From: Guillardia theta CCMP2712
Taxonomy: Eukaryota; Protista; Cryptophyta
NCBI RefSeq assembly: GCF_000315625.1
Contig: NW_005434660.1
Location: 358,711 to 422,710 of the forward strand
Reading direction: 5' to 3'
DNA: 64,000 bases
Positions within the stretch are counted from its first letter, which is position 1; each line of letters starts with the position of its first letter. This document shows, one piece after another, positions 62,098 through 64,000 of the stretch. Below the pieces are notes generated by a model, which was not told the origin of the DNA, did no database searches, and was given only the letters and a program-made list of their open reading frames with translations. A program made the translations under genes and the position numbers.

Positions 62098-64000
62098 TCA
62101 ATCCGACTTGGCGAGCTGCGTGTCAGCGACAGAAGCAGCAAGGATGCTGAAGCGGCTCGCGCTCTCGCCCTCCTGGTGTAGGCTAGTAGAAGGAACTCGC
62201 CCGATTCCGTGCCTATACTTGCTCTCCTGGATCAACGTATTCCGTGTCATGTCTTCCACCATGTTGAACCTGCGCTGAAGGAGCTGGAGCTGAGCTGAGG
62301 TCTCTTCCAACACCGAGGAGAGCTTCTGCTTGTGTCGCTCGGGCGACGACGAGTAGAAGGTCTCGTACTCGTACTCCACAAGGAGACGCCCGTTCACCTC
62401 GCTGTCCGGGATCATGTGCGCCTCATGCCCAACTAACTTCGACCAGAGCTTCACCTGCCTCTTCCTCGGTGCGTCGCTGATGTCGAGCCGGCAGTACCCC
62501 ACCAGCACCAAGCACTTGAGCCCGCTGCTGTCCCACACGAAGAGCTCGACGACCTGATCCTTCTCTGCCAAGGGGAAAGAGACGATCTCATTCCAATGAG
62601 GGCTTGTCGAACTCCTCACGCAGCTCGACTTCCTGACTTCTGCTCCAAGCTTGACTTCGATGAAAGTTGTGGGTTGCCCGCTCACGCTCACTCTTCCCAG
62701 CCCCTCGGCTCGGAGCAGTCTGACATTGAGAGTGCCAATGATCATTCCCTTCTTCTCGTTGATCACTCGAATCTCATACTCCCTCCTCGCCGCATATTCC
62801 GTGTACTCCTTGTTGTTCAGGAGCTTTGCAGTGATCAAATTTCGAGCCTTCAGGCCGATGAAAAATGATTGAACACGATCTGCTGTCCAGGAGTCATCAA
62901 TTTCGTTCAAGTTGACGTGCCAAAATATCAAGTTTCTGACCGACTGCAACATAAACTTGCGAAAGCCTTTTCTGTCCAGAAAGATTTGTGACTCGATGAA
63001 GACGCCATTCTTTCGTTCGACCACGTACCTCATCCAGTCCTTCGCTCGGAAGACGATAGGAGGCGATACTGGCAAACGAGCAAGACCGTTCGACAAGGCT
63101 TCAAAGCTTATAGGCTCTCCTCCACCAATCTTTGAAAAACACAAATCGATCGCCATTTCGAGCTCATCTGCATCCCTGCACTTCAACACAAAATATCTCG
63201 CAAGCTCTTTGAGAGGAGATCCAAACGCGACTTCGTGGTACGGCAAGTCAGACAACGAATAGCTTTTAACACGATCAATGTCCGACTGATTGGGAGATGT
63301 GAAGCCATCGAGTAGCACGCAAACCACGACATTGATGAGAGTGAAAGTGATGAGAAGTTGAAAGAGTACAAAGAATAACGCACAGGGAATAGGGCTTGAG
63401 GTGTAAAGGAAAAGATTTCGGACAATGTCTGCCCATCCATCTCCTGTGATGACCTGCCATAATGTGAACATCGAGGCGAAAAACGTCCCGAAGTGAACGG
63501 GATCAATTTGGCCGAAGAAATAGACGCTCTGAATTGCAAATAAGCTCATCAACAACGCCACGATTGCGTAGGCGTTCAACATTCCAGGTAGAGCATTAAA
63601 GAGAGAATGCATGATCTTTCTCATAGAGGGAATTCGTTTGAAAAGGCGAAAAACGCGAAATGCTCTGGTCAGTCTCAGTGTCTTTGCTGCAGGGATGTTT
63701 GGAAGGAACAGCGTCAGAAGACTGATAAGGACAACGAAGAAATCAAAGAAATTCCACGGGTCGGTGAGAAAATCTCTCCACAGGGTTGAGAACATATTGA
63801 TAAAGAGCTCAACAGTGAAGATGACAGTGAAGAAGGTGTCGGCCACAGTCAGAATTTTTGATAAAGCCTGATCTGGATTTCGAACTTGAGATTCAATAAT
63901 GTTCAACATGAAGTTGCAATAGATAAGAGCTGCGACGAGGATCTGACAATTCGCACTCGTATAATGCAACTTCGTCCAAGCTCGAAATCTTGCAAAGTCA
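62098..64000 (-). CDS. Voltage-gated cation channel 6-TM domain with a C-terminal C2 domain; 5' end outside the window
   Basis: S2 FTVIFTVELFI, S3 DPWNFFDFFVV, S4 KTLRLTRAFRVFRLFKR, pore FTLWQVITGDGWADI, S6 LINVVVCVLLDGF. C2: GTLNVRLLRAEGL..FIEVKLG..SPHWNE..LFVWD. The frame is open to the window edge. Confidence 0.9.
   Translation of the reverse strand, partial: DFARFRAWTKLHYTSANCQILVAALIYCNFMLNIIESQVRNPDQALSKILTVADTFFTVIFTVELFINMFSTLWRDFLTDPWNFFDFFVVLISLLTLFLPNIPAAKTLRLTRAFRVFRLFKRIPSMRKIMHSLFNALPGMLNAYAIVALLMSLFAIQSVYFFGQIDPVHFGTFFASMFTLWQVITGDGWADIVRNLFLYTSSPIPCALFFVLFQLLITFTLINVVVCVLLDGFTSPNQSDIDRVKSYSLSDLPYHEVAFGSPLKELARYFVLKCRDADELEMAIDLCFSKIGGGEPISFEALSNGLARLPVSPPIVFRAKDWMRYVVERKNGVFIESQIFLDRKGFRKFMLQSVRNLIFWHVNLNEIDDSWTADRVQSFFIGLKARNLITAKLLNNKEYTEYAARREYEIRVINEKKGMIIGTLNVRLLRAEGLGRVSVSGQPTTFIEVKLGAEVRKSSCVRSSTSPHWNEIVSFPLAEKDQVVELFVWDSSGLKCLVLVGYCRLDISDAPRKRQVKLWSKLVGHEAHMIPDSEVNGRLLVEYEYETFYSSSPERHKQKLSSVLEETSAQLQLLQRRFNMVEDMTRNTLIQESKYRHGIGRVPSTSLHQEGESASRFSILAASVADTQLAKSD

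Overview
Gene-dense eukaryotic nuclear DNA with short (~45-60 nt) spliceosomal introns. Signal peptides ending A-x-(A/G)|F, duplicated small RWP-RK genes and the overall gene content point to an alga with a complex red plastid, most likely a cryptophyte (inference). About 22 protein genes can be pieced together by hand. They include a 3-hydroxyacyl-CoA dehydrogenase, an HHL1-like protein, an EF-hand/M41-like pseudoprotease, an ARM-repeat protein, a TFIIIC WD40 subunit, three near-identical H2B genes, two RWP-RK copies, DUF2062, an aldo-keto reductase, an LCIB-type carbonic anhydrase fused to ankyrin repeats, a TIP30-like protein, a bHLH/PAS-like factor, an MLO-like protein with EF-hands, and a voltage-gated channel domain with a C2 domain. 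The most striking items are: (1) recurrent GC-rich intergenic islands built from short palindromic words, three of which share a homologous core that differs by short, apparently locally templated insertions; (2) the LCIB-ankyrin fusion; (3) a histone-like stem-loop followed by a tRNA T-arm/acceptor-like fold in all H2B 3' UTRs; (4) a candidate GA-AG intron; (5) a duplicated 39-nt microexon. All exon models and family calls come from reading by eye; no searches were run.
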